From an uncultured Methanospirillum sp. (lineage in GTDB: Archaea > Halobacteriota > Methanomicrobia > Methanomicrobiales > Methanospirillaceae): a stretch of DNA of 58,458 nucleotides. Numbering within the stretch: position 1 is the first letter of the stretch; the number at the start of each line of letters is the position of its first letter. The notes below the pieces were generated by a model that saw nothing but the letters and a program-made list of their open reading frames with translations, did no database searches and had not been told where the DNA came from. A program made the translations under genes and the position numbers. Location of the stretch: contig CAZWTX010000014.1 of assembly GCA_964637135.1 (NCBI GenBank), forward strand, positions 1-58,458, given 5' to 3'. Positions 58,039-58,458 of this stretch are shown here, piece after piece.

Positions 58039-58458
58039 TCAGACGGTTTTGAGCCTGATAGGCTCGCCTTCGTTGTATCTGCGTACCATTTCCTGTGCGA
58101 TAGTACTGCTCTTTGCGAGATGGATCTCCCCGCTGTCGTTCACGGTCGCAGTGAAGAGATATTCCCTGCCGGCGAAGACATCGACAATCTTGCCGGTATT
58201 CTCCGGGGAGATAATGGAGAGCTGCTTCTTGTCTATCCTGACCTGGAGTCCTTCGCCGAGGTTGAGTTCCTCTTTTTCAGGCTGTTGCTGGGCTGAAACG
58301 CGGCCTTTCTTGATCAGTTCGCTCGCCGGCCGGATATCGATCCCGACACCGACCTTGTTGACGATTGCCGCGATGTTTTTGCCGCCCTTTCCGATGGCTG
58401 CCGGAACATCCCGGTCGTCGATGAAGACAACCGCTTTTGTTGCCGAGAGCATCTCAAC
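58039..58458 (-). CDS. C-terminal part (KH domain and tail) of a PIN-domain ATPase, PINA-like; 5' part lies outside the window
   Basis: KH loop AAIGKGGKNI, then VDVFAGREYLFTATV..GEIHL. Confidence 0.75.
   Translation of the reverse strand, partial: VEMLSATKAVVFIDDRDVPAAIGKGGKNIAAIVNKVGVGIDIRPASELIKKGRVSAQQQPEKEELNLGEGLQVRIDKKQLSIISPENTGKIVDVFAGREYLFTATVNDSGEIHLAKSSTIAQEMVRRYNEGEPIRLKTV

Noticed and set aside
1..58458. CRISPR arrays, rRNA, IS elements and tRNA introns
   Set aside because: No regularly spaced repeats, rRNA-like tracts or transposase ORFs were seen, and both tRNAs fold without introns.

Overview
Gene-dense chromosomal window from a methanogenic archaeon, most consistent with Methanomicrobiales. 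Evidence: split RNA polymerase B''/B'/A'/A'' genes, archaeal ribB-ribK/RbkR, the HMG-CoA synthase-thiolase-DUF35 operon, archaeal AlaRS and LeuRS, and TATA-box leaderless starts. It holds about 48 protein genes, two intron-less tRNAs (Lys-UUU, Arg-UCU) and a 10-N assembly gap that artificially splits rpoB'. I found no CRISPR array, integrase, transposase or rRNA. Most notable observations: (1) a complete bacterial-type partner-switching module (Cache-HAMP-PP2C phosphatase, two STAS proteins, RsbW-like kinase) in a domain of life without sigma factors, interleaved with an MBL-hydrolase/degenerate histidine-kinase fusion that is a candidate output; (2) an RpoA'' with a roughly 265-aa N-terminal extension containing two diverged repeats; (3) a duplicated 29-bp operator-plus-TATA element that precedes both the mevalonate-entry operon and an unannotated structured leader or sRNA with a 12-codon ORF; (4) an AT-rich GT2 + SMR-flippase + GT-C surface-glycosylation cassette at the 3' end of tRNA-Arg; (5) a ferritin with a histone-H1-like basic tail; (6) a secreted, sequon-rich acetolactate decarboxylase. 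All family assignments come from motif recognition by eye; no database searches were run.
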